Shown in pieces: positions 1 through 12,874 of a stretch of 64,000 nt of DNA (within the stretch, counting starts at the first letter, position 1; each line of letters starts with the position of its first letter). The stretch comes from the human T2T-CHM13v2.0 reference genome, Homo sapiens: NCBI RefSeq assembly GCF_009914755.1, contig NC_060947.1; one strand, 5' to 3'. Position numbers and translations under genes: made by a program. Under the pieces are notes generated by a model that was not told the origin of the DNA, searched no databases, and was given only the letters and a program-made list of their open reading frames with translations.

Positions 1-2420
1 CTTACTCATTCTGATGCTTTTCTTTCCTTTTTGAAGTTCCAAGCCTTCATTTGTTATCATTTCCTTTCTGTTTAGAGAACTTCCTTTAGCCTTTCATTAA
101 GGGTGCTTTTACTTGCAACAAAGTATCATAAGTTTCCTTCTTGTAGGTTTCCTTCACCTGAGAATGTCTTTATTTCCCGTTTATTCCTGAAGAATATTTT
201 TGCTGGATGCAGAATTCTGGGTTGATATTTACTTCCTTTCAGTACTTGAAAAATCTTGCACCACGCCTTCTAAATTGCATAGTTTTAGGGTGGGAAATTT
301 ACTGCAATTCAAGGTGGTATTCCTCTATATGCAATATGTTGTTTCTGTCTGTCTGCTTTTAATTCTTTTCTTTTTGTTTAGTTCTCACAAGTTTAATTTT
401 GTTGTGTCTTTGCATACATTTTTTTAGGTTTATCCTACTTGGAGTTTCCTCAGCTTTTTGAATCTATAGGATATGGCTTTCACTAAATTTGGAGAGTTTT
501 CAACCATTATTTCTTTAAATGTTTTTGTTCTTCTCAGACTCTGATGATACAAATGTTAGATCTTTGTTATTGTCCTAAAGTTCCCTGATACTTTGTTTAT
601 TTTCTGCCCGGTCTCTTCTCTCCCCTGAGTTGTTATTGTCCTAAAGTTCCCTGATACTTTGTTCATTTTCTGCCAGGTCTCTTTTCTCCCCTGAGTTGAG
701 ATAAATTTCAAACTGAGTGCATTCCAATAATCTGTACTTAAGTTCACTGATTCTATCTTCTTGTGATCTCCAATGTACTCTTGAGCCCACCTATTGAATT
801 TATTTTAATTACTACACTTTTCAGTTCTATGATTTCCATTTTGTTCTTTTTTATAATTTCTATTTCTTTGCTGAGGTTTTCTATTTTTTTCCTTTGTTTC
901 AAGAGTATATGTAATTGCTTGTTGACACATTTTGATGATGGCTGCTTTAAAAACCTTATCAGATAATGCGAAGATCTGATTCACCTTGCTTTCAACCACC
1001 TTGGTGTTTTATCAGTTCGTTGGTTCTTTTTATTCATGCTGTGATTTTTCTGATTGTTCGTATAGCAAGTGATTTTTCCATTATAGTCTAGACATTTTAG
1101 ATATTACATTATGAGACTATGGATCCTATTTCATCTCCTCTTTTTAGCAGACAATTGCCTGTTCAAGTGTAGCATGAAGGCAGTTTGCCATGCATATTCT
1201 GTTTCCAACTGAACCCCACCAACACTATCATGACAAAAGTGGGGCAGTGACTCACATTGCCTCACTACAGATAAGTGGGGTAGAGGTTTAGCCACACCTT
1301 TGGCCCTGTTAACACCATCTTGATGAAAGTAGGACACTGAGTCACATTGCTTCATTGCCTCTGAGTAGGAGTATAAGCTCGACTTCCCACTGGACACTCT
1401 GACACCAGCAAGGGGTAAGGAGAGGACTGATGCATACCTCTTTGTTACTACAGATGGGGGCAGAAGCTCACTCTCTGCTAAACCCCATTAATACCAGGGA
1501 AGCACAGGGTTTGAGAAAGCAGAGTGTCAACCAGCTCTACATCCTACCACCTCATTCAGCTTCATTTATGCAGGTGGAAATAGAGGGTCAGTTCCCTACT
1601 GAGCCCTACTGACATCAAGGCCCAGTGGGGAGCTGAGGTTCAACTCCCACCTGGCATCAATGCCTGGCATCAATGAAATGCTTGGTGACCCAAATTTGTA
1701 CTGCCTTCCTAAGTCTCACTAATCCTGGGTACAGAGGAGGCTCAGCTGCCTGCTGGACCCCACGGCCACTACACTGGCTGGGGAATCAGAATACTGCCTG
1801 AGACAGCCAGGGAGAGGCAAAAAGACCAGGTCCCTGCTCAGTCCTGCTAACACTATCTTGGCAGAGGAATTGGAGCACTTCCTGGTTCTGCTGAATGGAA
1901 GCAGAATTTCAACTGCCCCATTAACTTGCTGACAAAAGTGCTGTCTGCTTCCACCAGGCAGCAGTGGGAAGATTAGCTCCACATTTAGAAAATTAGGTCC
2001 GTGCTCAGCCCCACCCTAGGAAAAGGAAGGAAGAAATTCGAGTCCCACCACCTGCTTTCATAGAGTAGGGTAGTGGTGTGAAAATCAACTCCCCACTAAG
2101 TTTCACTGAAATCCCAAAAGCAGGGGCATTTTTTTCTATTGATGTTTGGCTGAGGGTGTATGTATTGCCAAAAAGGTTTTTTTTATTGTTGGGACACCCC
2201 ATTTCTGGTCAATTAGCTAGGGAAGAAAGTACTTTTTTTGGAGTTTTCTTTTATCCATGGCTATTGGCAGTTCCGGGTTAGATGCTTCTGAAGAGCCCTG
2301 TCTGGGATATATGGGCTATATTAAGGAAACGCAGATAACACATCACCGTTTTATTCTTCAAGTCCCAAGGTCCCTAGGTAGTCCACCCCTTTCAGCATTT
2401 TCCTATGCTTAGTGCTATAT
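1..2420 (-). mobile_element. Ancient L1M 5' region (5'UTR + ORF1 remnant)
   Basis: Minus-strand translation at 805-999 (LSDKVFKAAIIKMCQQAITYTLETKEK) resembles old L1 ORF1 N-terminal/coiled-coil sequence; T-rich plus strand; boundaries approximate. Confidence 0.7.
564..698. repeat. 66-bp tandem duplication (2 copies) within the L1
   Basis: ttgttattgtcctaaagttccctgatactttg...cccctgag at 564 and 630; 3 mismatches; TTG at the junctions. Confidence 0.95.
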
Positions 2421-2886
2421 CCAAAGATCTAGGAAAATATGTATCATATGAAATTCAAGTGATATGTCAACTTGCAACATTTGAATTAATTTATATTCTA
2501 GACAACCTTTTTAGGTCCTCTTAAAATTTAAGTTGACAGTGAAGTGCCCATTCGAGTGGGTAAATTTTGATATAAAAGGTCAGTGCTACTCATATTTTCC
2601 CTGGAAAATCCCCTAAGAATATCAAAGTATTTCTTGTTTTCCCCCATATCTTCCAAACATTTTAATGCTTCTAAGAGCTGATTATGGTAGAATTTTTTTA
2701 AGTATACAATCGTCTAAAAATAGCTCTGGTTCTATGAATTAGGAAAGAAAAAGGAAAGAGAACCATTAACAGTCCAATCAGATAGTTAAATAAATAAATT
2801 TTTGCTAGAAAGAACTGAGAAAGTGGCATCATGTAACTAACTTCAAAATAATACATGGATAAAAATATATATTACTAAAACTATAA

Positions 2887-3250
<364 letters not shown>

Positions 3251-3274
3251 AAAATCAAAACAAAAGACAATCCC

Positions 3275-3579
<305 letters not shown>

Positions 3580-4199
3580 GACAATCACTACACATTACAG
3601 TTGGAAGTTTCAAAACCATTCCCACAGATAAATGGAAGCATCTTGTAAATCCACAGAAATAATAGAGCATGGAACCAGTGGTTGGTTTCTCTACCTACCA
3701 TAATTCCCCTTATTGGCTTTAGGGCCAAGACAGCAGCAGAAATATTGGTCCTGGTGCAATTCCTAAACGATGCAGCCCATCTGATGCTTCTTGTTCATAA
3801 AATGGAATATACAATGATCTTAAATGTCTAGAGAAAAAGTTAAGTTGCCTTCCCTACTTTTTTCCTTGGTGATTGTTATGGAAAGAGTCTACCAAGAAAT
3901 ACAATCAAGCCAAAATTGACACCAGGATTGTTTTGGTTTCCATACTTAGGTAACAATTTTCAGCCCAAGTGAGTTGTAGAGGAAGCAGTTTCTCACATAA
4001 GAATTTGTGGCTCTCTGAGGCTTTCTTACTTCTTAATGGATTCAATGTAGTCTTTATAAAAGTAGACAGTACTTAAGAACAATATTAATTAGTTGTAAGT
4101 GTTTATGTATCTAATTTTTTGCATTTCTACAAGCAGTCTGCACTGCAGATGTAGTTAGACATAATTCCAAAGTTCTAATAAATCCAATAGTATAAGTAA

Positions 4200-4252
4200 G
4201 GAATAGATAGGTAGATAGATATATATATATATAGACAGATAGATAGTTAGAT
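4200..4252. repeat. (TAGA)n/(TA)n microsatellite
   Basis: atagataggtagatagatatatatatatatagacagatagatag. Confidence 0.85.
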
Positions 4253-6477
4253 TCCAGGGTTAAAGCAGAACTTTTAATCTGGTCAGAGTATAACCTCTAA
4301 ACTTTAATTATTTTCATCCTCTTCTTCAGCCAAGACCTGAACTCCTCTTCCATCTAGGTCTAGGGCAAATGTGTCATTTCCCAAAATCTATTTGTGTTCG
4401 TGACCCAGGTCAGGAAAAAGGAAGAAGGGAGCAGAGAATGCAAGATGTAATTGCTCTGAAGAAACATCGTGTCTCTTGCTGAGTGAAGTCTTACCAATAC
4501 AGTTTATTAGCAAGTTTAATACCTTTCGATAAACAATGAGGAAAAAGTTTTGAAATAAAAGTAAGTAAAGTTTCTGTTCGCTTTAATAATTATCAAAATT
4601 AAAAGGGTAAGCAGCAACTTACAGCTTGTTACAGGAAGGTTTTATGGAAACTGTGATTCTAAAAGGATACCTCTGACTCATTAGAATCATTCCAGGCATA
4701 TAGAGCAAGATGAGGAGGGAAGGAAAAAAAAAAAAAAAACTACCCAGAAAAGAGATTAAGAAAAGAATTCTGTTTAGTCATAGCGAAAGGAGGGAGGAAA
4801 GTATCAGAGGCCCAAAGGAAGCAAGGGAAGCAATATAAATGGGACAAAGGGATTAAAGGGCTGGGAGGTGAGGGCAGGTCTGGATTTGTTTGAAAGGCAA
4901 GGAGACGAGGTTAAGTGATTTACTAAAGGTCCCCTACTGAGTCACTGGCAGCACCGCTTCCATCCCTCCTATTTTGGGTTTCCTCTTTAGTTCCTTGTCT
5001 CTACACAGAAATAGACATTCTATGTGATTTTCTCTCATTGCAAATCTTTTATACTTTAACTCAGAAAGCCGTGTTTAGAGGGCTGTGTAGGTGGTTGTTT
5101 TTAATGTTGAATTTTTTCCCCTTCTTTGGGAAAACTGCTGGTATAGAAAGCTTCCTTGACTCAGTATTGAGACAAATAAAAGACAAATGTGTTATTCTAC
5201 TGAGACTGTTGAAATGAAAGTTTGCTTTGAAGTCGGGTACTAGAATACATATGAGAAAATACTGTTCTTGTCATAAAAACTGGCAGCTGAGCATTCTTTT
5301 TCCTGTCAGAGAGAATGACAGTCTAACGGGGCCAAAGTCAGACTGAGGGAATAGATTTTTTTTTCTTTAATTACTAACTCAACCTATGGCCAGAAAAGGA
5401 CAAATGTTAGACGTAAAGAGTAGATTAAAAATCTGGAGAAAATGACCAATAATCATATAATTAATAGAAATGAATTTCAAGAATTCAAATTGTTATCTAT
5501 TGATAGGAATATTATAAACATTAACAACTATTCCTAAGTATTTTTGAACAAGTCATTGACTTTATCCTGTAATTTTGACATAAGACAATTTGATTTAACA
5601 GGAATCTTCCTATCTTTAAAATGCTGCAGCTTAAATCCATCCATCTGGAGTCTGATGTTTGAAACAGTTATTTCTGGAAGCCTCTGCTGATAGAAATCAA
5701 AACAATATAATACAAAACCTTAAAAAATGACAACAAATATATTGTTGGATTTTTCTCATACAATTAATTTCACCTTTACTTTCATATCTTACTGACCTGG
5801 ATTTAACACCATAGCTATTGTTTTAAGTGTGAATCAGTCCAATATATGATGCTGAAAATATTAAATTTAAAATGAAGAGAAATCGAAACAGATATTCTCT
5901 TAGTCAATACATATCCCTACAGTTATATTTCTCTTAGTCATTAAAAAAATAAATTTAAGTGAAAACCTGTATTTATTAAAAGGCTATTAGAAGAAAAATC
6001 ACTGACAAAATATCCAGTAGTTAAATAAGCTAGGGAAAAGCATGCAGGTCACTGGTTGCCAAGCCAACTCAAAACACTTGTCCTTCATGCCAGAGATGCT
6101 AGAGAACAGAATATCATAGAGGCACTGCTTTTGGTGGGCCCAACTCCCACGAACATGTAGAGCCAAAGGATGTGTTTAACAATCAATTTTTAAAAATCAC
6201 TACTTCAGTGCATTAAATATGAAATACTAAAACTAATGGCTTGATGTCGACATCAAGACGCATCCAATGAAGTCAGCCTATGTTACCCCCGCAGACCTGA
6301 ACTACATTAGCCTTGGACTGTCAGTGCTTGTCTAGACTCTTTTTAAAAACTCTTAGCTTTCTAGAGTTTATGGTTGCTCTGAGATTTCCTTTAGCCTTTT
6401 CAGATTATGGCCTCAGTTTCCTTTCTGCTCTCTGTTGACAACTCTCAGCATGTATTTTAGTTGAAACCATATGTTTT

Positions 6478-6748
6478 CTTTTTTTTTTAACTGGATACAG
6501 AAAAATTGTACATATTTTAGAGTATATGTGATATTTTGATACATGCATACGGTGTGTCATGATCAAATCAGGGTAACTGGGATATCCATTGCCTCAAACG
6601 TTTATCATTTCTTTGTGTTCAGAATATTCCAATTCTTCTCTTCTAGCTATTTTGAAATAAACGATAAATTATTGTTAACTACAGTCACCCTGCTGTACTA
6701 TCAAACACTAGAACTTATACCCTCTGTCTAACTGCATTCTCCTACCAG
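6478..6748 (-). mobile_element. 5'-truncated L1MA 3' end
   Basis: T-run followed by L1MA 3'UTR motifs (gatcaaatcagggtaactgggatatcc; tatcaaacactagaactt); TSD gaaccata..ttttct. Confidence 0.85.
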
Positions 6749-7120
6749 GAACCATACATTTTCTGAGTGAAAAGATTCAAAACAAGAGTTCTGTGTTATT
6801 GCTGTTGACTGGCCATGCTCTACAATCCATAACATTTAGATACTTCAGGGATTAATGATGTCTGAGCCTGGGAGTCCAAATATCTTGGTTCTAATCCTGA
6901 CTCCAGCATTAATGTATACCATATCTTGGACACATCAGTTATATTCTTACTGACTCTTTCCTCACGTCGATTCACGCATGTCCATCTCTCTTTAGTGAAT
7001 CACGAAATGTGGTAGAGAAGGAAAAATTATAATATCCTAAATACTTTGAATTTTTCAGTGGAGAGTGATGCATAAGATTATTGCTCTTACTATATTCATT
7101 AACAATATATAAAGACATCC

Positions 7121-7631
<511 letters not shown>

Positions 7632-7989
7632 CCTAAAGCATTGCTCTTGGTAGGAAAAAATATAACAATTCCAAAAGCTTGTATTCTGGGATTTGACTCT
7701 TATTTTGTGCCTCAAATGAGGTGCAAAGATAAATCATTTAAAAAAAAAACGAAACTCTTGTTTCTCCCTTTACTCTCTCTTGTGTCTCTGGTAGGATGAG
7801 CCTTCCTACCCTTGCCATCATTTCAGTCACAGTCCAGAAAACATAAAAATCCACTGTAAAGAAGAGAAATGAAGAACAAATACAATATTCACTGTTTTGA
7901 TACAATATTTATTTAGTTTGCTGTCACTTTACACAACAAGTATGCAGTACAAAAGAAGGCAACATTCTGAAAACATGCTCTCCTGGCTC

Positions 7990-8418
7990 ATTTCGGTTTG
8001 CTACACTCCCTTTGCAGCTCTCAGGCTTCTTCTCCACCTCTTTCCTGTTCTGTTCCCAGGCAGGCTAATTCCCACAGAATATCGCTGGGCCCTTTTGTTG
8101 GCTAGCTTCCCATTGACAGAGGATTGGAGGTTGAGAGGCAAGAAAATTGTAGGTATTTCTTTTCAACTTATCCAACTCAGTGTTGATCTCTGGCAGCAGC
8201 AACAGCCCTCCCATCAGACAGCCCCACCTCCATGATTCCAGTCTTCAGAGGCCTCCCCCTATCCCTTTGATGGGGGCCTAAAAGTGGTAACCATTTCCTG
8301 CTGCTACTACTCTTTGGATGCCTCAATGTCTTCTTTTAGTTTTGTCACTCCTGTTAAAGTATCTTCATTTAAACCTTGGGAGTGAAATCTGTTTCTTGTG
8401 GGAACGCTGTATGATGCA
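7990..8418 (+). mobile_element. ERVL LTR33-like solo LTR
   Basis: ggcctaaaagtggtaaccatttcctgctgct and terminal ctgtttcttgtgggaacgctgtatgatgca resemble LTR33. Confidence 0.55.
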
Positions 8419-8564
8419 TGTGATTAAATGTAATATTCTACTTAAATCAACTTAAACAGATTCTACCCTTCTGAAAGGACTGCTCAAAATCCCAACCTAT
8501 TCTTTAAACCCACCTGAATACTTCGGTCCATATTGCTGTCACTCTTTTCTAGGGACTCGGGCCT

Positions 8565-8984
8565 GTGTGAAGAGACCACCAAACAGGATTTGTGTGAGCA
8601 ATAAAGCTTTTTAATCACCTGGGTGCAGGCGGGCTGAATCCGAAAAGAGAGTCAGTGAAGGGAGATAGGGGTGGGGCTGTTTTATAGGATTTGGGTGGGT
8701 AGTGGAAAATTACAGTCAAAGGGGGTTGTTCTCTTGCGGGCAGGGGCGGGGATCACAAGGTGCTCAGTGGGGGAGGTTCTGAGGCAGGAGAAGGAATTTC
8801 ACAAGGTTAATCCCTCAGTTAAGGTGGGGCAGAAACAAATCACAACAGTGGAATGTCATCAGTTAAGGCAGGAACCGGCCATTTTCACTTCTTTTGTGAT
8901 TCTTCACTTGCTTCAGGCCATCTGAATGTATACGTGCAGGTCACAGGGGATATGATGGCTTAGCTTGGGCTCAGAGGCCTGACA
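8565..8984 (-). mobile_element. HERV-H 3' LTR (LTR7B-like); last ~14 bp of U5 missing
   Basis: Minus strand starts TGTCAGGCCTCTGAGCCCAAG at 8984; TATAAA box; ATTAAA poly(A) variant; preceded by PPT-like AAGAAGACAGTAA. Confidence 0.95.
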
Positions 8985-9009
8985 TTACTGTCTTCTTATA
9001 TTGATAAGA

Positions 9010-9500
9010 AAAATAACATAAAATAGTGTTGAAGTGTTGGGGCAGTGAAAATTTTTAGGGGGTGGTGTGGAGAGATAATGGGCGATGTTTCTCAGGGCTG
9101 CTTCGAGCGGGATTAGGGGTGGTGTGGGAACCCAGAGTGGGAGAGATTAAGCTGAAGGAAGATTTGGTGGTAAGGGTGATATTGTGGGGTTGTTAGAAGG
9201 AGCATTTGTCATATAGAATGACTGGTGATGGCCTGGATACGGTTTTGGATGAATTGAGAAACTAAACAGAAGACACAAGGTCCGAATAAGAGAAGGAGAA
9301 AAACAGATATTAAAGGACTAAGAATTGGGAGGACCCAGGACATCCAATTAGAGAGTGCCCAAGGGGGTTCAGCATAATTACTTGCTTGGTTGGCGAGTTT
9401 TTGGCCTCTATCCTTGAGTTTTTTTATGTTGTCATACACCAGGCCAGATTGATTTAGGTAAAAACACTCTTCACTTAAAAATATACAGAGTCCTCTTTTT
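9010..9500 (-). pseudogene. env: HERV-H env C-terminal (TM/cytoplasmic) remnant; SU and most of TM deleted
   Basis: ORF 9209-9439 ...WALSNWMSWVLPILSPLISVFLLLLFGPCVFCLVSQFIQNRIQAI; fused to integrase near 9500. Confidence 0.85.
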
Positions 9501-9896
9501 CAAGTTGGAGGCTGAGCTTGGCGAGGTGTGTTTTTAAAAGACCATTAGTCCGTTCTACCTTTCCTGAAGATTGAGGATGGTAAGGGGTATGAAGGTTTTA
9601 CTAAATACCAAGAGCCTGAGAAACTGCTTGGGTGATTTGACTAATAAAGGCCAGTCTGTTATTGGACTATATAGAGGTGGGGAGGCCAAACCAAGGAATT
9701 ATGTCTTACAGAAGGGAAGAAATGACCGTGGTGGCCTTTTCAGACCCTGTGGGAAAGGCCTCTACCCATCCAGTGAAAGTGTCTACCTAGACCAAGAGGT
9801 ATTTTAGTTTCCTGACTTGGGGCATGTGAGTAAAGTCAATTTGCCAGTCCTGGGCAGGGGCAAATCCCTAAGCTTGAAGTGTAGGGAAGGGAGGGG
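9500..9896 (-). pseudogene. pol: HERV-H integrase core remnant
   Basis: Minus strand reads PAQDWQIDFTHMP...KYLLV and PYHPQSSGKVERTNG. Confidence 0.9.
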
Positions 9897-10311
9897 GCTG
9901 ACACTGCTCTAATACTTTTAGAGGCCCTCAAAATCACAAACTATGCTCAACTCACTCTCTACAGCTCTCATAACTTCCAAGATCTATTTTCTTCCTCACA
10001 CCTGATGCATATACTTTCTGCTCCCTGGCTCCTTCAGCTATACTCACTCTTTGTTGAGTCTCCCACAATTACCATTGTTCCTGGCCCAGACTTCAATCTG
10101 GCCTCCCACGTTATTCGGGATACCACACCTGACCCCCATGACTGTATCTCTCTGATCCACATGACATTCACCCCATTTCCCCATATTTCCTTCTTTCCTG
10201 TTCCTCACCCTGAACACACTTGGTTTATTGATGGCAGTTCCACCAGGCCTAATTGCCACTCACCAGCAAAGGCAGGCTGTGCCATAGTATCTTCCACATC
10301 TATCATTGAGG
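9896..10311 (+). pseudogene. pol: Inverted HERV-H pol segment (connection + N-terminal RNase H)
   Basis: Plus strand reads LILLEALKITNYAQLTLYSSHNFQ...HTWFIDGSSTRP...SSTSIIE, opposite to proviral orientation. Confidence 0.92.
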
Positions 10312-11330
10312 GACAGAAGTTGGAATGCTAGTTGCTTGTCTAACCACCTTATCAGCATAAGCGTTGTCTAGAGCAATGGGATCTGATGCCACACGGAGAC
10401 ATGATGGCCAGCCTAAAACAGTAAGGTCAAGTTGTTTGGACAGAAAGGCTACAGGGCACGGTCCCAGTCCTTGTGTAAGAATTCCGACTGCACAGCCCTG
10501 CACTTCAGCTGTGTGTAATGAAAAGGGTTGGGATGAGTCAGGGAGAGCTAGTGTGGAAGCAGTATCTAAAGCTGTCTTCAAGGAATGGAAAGAGGAGTGG
10601 GGAAAGGATTTAGGATCTATGGGGTCAGCTAGGTTTCCTTTTTTGAGTTTATATAATGGTTTTGTTAGGATGGCAAAACCAGGTATCCAAAGGTGAAAGT
10701 ATCCAACCATGCCAAGGAAGAAAAGGAGTTGTTGTTTTGTAGAAGGGGTTGGGGTTTGAGAGATCAGTCGGACACGATTGGCAGGGAGAGCACTTGTGTT
10801 TTCGTGACGAATTATGCCGAGGTGGGTAATGGATGGAGAAGAAATTTGAGCTTTGGAGGGGGATACCCGATATCCTTTGAAGAATAAATGCTGAAGGACC
10901 AGGAGGGTGTGTTGTTGAGAAGATTCAAAGGAGGGGCTACAAAGTAGAAGGCCATCGATATATTGAATAAGGTGAGAAGCGGAGGGGTGGAAAGAAAGTA
11001 AATCATTAGAAAGAGCTTGGCTGAAGTAATGAGGGCTGTCCCTGAAGTCTTGTGGCAGTACAGCCCAGGTAAGCTGCTGGGACTGATGGGTGTCAAGGTC
11101 AGTCCAGGTAAAAGCAAAGAGAGGCTGGGATGAGGAGTGCAGGGGAATAGTGAAAAAAGCATCTTTAAGATCAAGAACGGAATAGTGAGTTGTCGAGGAA
11201 GGTATTGAAGACAAAAGAGTGTACAGGTTGGGCATTACAGGGTGGATAGGCAAAACAGTTTGGTTGATAAGGCGCAGATCCTGAACTAACCTGTAAGACT
11301 TGTCCGGTTTTTGGACAGGTAAAATGGGGA
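10312..11330 (-). pseudogene. pol: HERV-H reverse transcriptase remnant (open frame, catalytically mutated) fused to RNase H C-terminal piece
   Basis: ORF 10303-11430: PILPVQKPDKSYRLVQDLR, LDLKDAFF, LPQD (LPQG mutated), YIDG (YxDD mutated), GWPSCLR. Confidence 0.95.
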
Positions 11331-11643
11331 AGCAGATAATTTGATTTAAAAGTCTCGGCCTAATAAGGGAACTGGGCAGGTGGGGATAACTAAAAAAGAG
11401 TGCATAAAACAATGTTGTCCAAGTTGGCACCAGAGTGGGGGAGTTTTAAGGGGTTTTAAGCTTGGTCATCAGTACCCACAACAGTTATGGGGGCAAGGGA
11501 AACAGGCCCTTGAAAAGAAGATAATGTGGAGTGGGTAGCCCCCATATCGATTAAACAGGGGATGGACTTACCCTCCATCGTGAGAGTTACCCGAAGCTCG
11601 GCATCAGTGAGGGTCCAGGGGCTTCCAATGCGATTCGGCAGCA
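11331..11643 (-). pseudogene. pro: HERV-H protease remnant
   Basis: CLIDMGATHSTL (DTG mutated to DMG); frameshifted and truncated. Confidence 0.85.
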
Positions 11644-12874
11644 TCAGTCATCAGCCACTAAGCCAAGCATATCTGGGAAGGAGTCAATCAGAGAGCCTCG
11701 GGCCAGAGCTTTAGGGGCTCTAGGAGTGGCTTCTGGGCTAGCTGGGCAGTCTGATTTCCAGTGGGTCCCTGCACAGATGGGACATGGCTTGGGAGGAATG
11801 CTGGGCTGCAGGCATTCCTTGGCCCAGTGGCCAGATTTCCGGCACTTGAAGCAAGATCCTGATAGAGAAGGTCCTGAAGGAACTCCTGACCGCTGTGGCT
11901 TAGACGTTTTGAAGTTCTTGTGTGCTGGAGATGTGGCTGGGGTTTCTCTCACAGCAGAGGCAAGTAATTGCAACTCTTCCCTATTATTGCACCCCTTGAA
12001 GGCGAGGTTAATTAAGTCCTGTTGTGGGGTTTGAGGGCTGGAATTTAATTTTGGAGCTTTATTTAATGTCGGGAGTGGATTGGGTAATAAAACGTATATT
12101 GGGACTAAGACAGCCTTCTGACCCTTCAGGGTCAGGGCTGTAAAGCATCTCAGGGTTGCTGCCAAATGGGCCATGAACTGGGCTGGGTTTTTCATATTTG
12201 ATGAAAAAGAGCCTAAACACTAACTGATTTGGGAGAGGTAGGATAAAGAAAAAGGAGCATTAACCTTGACTGTGCCTTTAGCTCCAGCCACCTCTTTATG
12301 AGGAAATTGTTGGGCAGGTGGGGGAAGGCTAGTCACGGAACGAAACTGTAAGCCAGACTGGGTGTGAGGAGGGGAGGTGATAGAATGATTATAGGGTGGA
12401 GGAGCGGAGGCTGCCAAAGAATTTGGACCTGGCTCAGCCTGGCGAGGAGCAGCCTGGGGAGGAGGGGAGAGGTCAGATGGGTCCATAGAAAAGGAAGATT
12501 GGAAAGACTCAGCAACGCTTAGGGTTGGGACTGAGGGGATAGGCGGGAGGGAAAGAAGGAAGATTTGGGACGAGTTGCATTGGGAACAGAGACTAGGGAG
12601 GGACCAATGTGTAAAAGAATGCCTGGATGTCAGGCACCTCAGACCATTTGCCTATTTTACAAGAATTATCTAGGTCTTGTAGGATGGAAAAATCGAAAGT
12701 GCCGTTTTCTGGCTATTTGGAACCATTGTCAAGTTTGTGTCGGGGTTAAGCGGCATTGCAGAAGAAAATAAGGCATTTAGGTTTTAGGTCAGTTATGAGT
12801 TGAAGAGGTTTTAAGTTCTTGAGAACACAGGCTAAGGGAGAAGAAGGAGGAATGGAGGGTGGAAGGTTGCCTAT
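11644..12874 (-). pseudogene. gag: HERV-H gag remnant
   Basis: IGNLPPSIPPSSPLACVLKNL (start ATG mutated to ATA); PPPY late domain; two CCHC knuckles CFKCRKSGHWAKEC and CPICAGTHWKSDC; broken across frames. Confidence 0.9.

Noticed and set aside
564-698. Direct repeat as a CRISPR-like array
   Set aside because: Only two abutting units, no spacers, eukaryotic L1 context.
9480-9520. Integrase-env fusion as a unique event
   Set aside because: Large env deletions fusing IN to the TM tail are the common state of HERV-H proviruses.
10303-11430. 375-aa RT ORF as an active reverse transcriptase or retron-like system
   Set aside because: It is HERV-H pol with YxDD mutated to YIDG, a deleted N-terminus and a scrambled RNase H; the context is a primate provirus.
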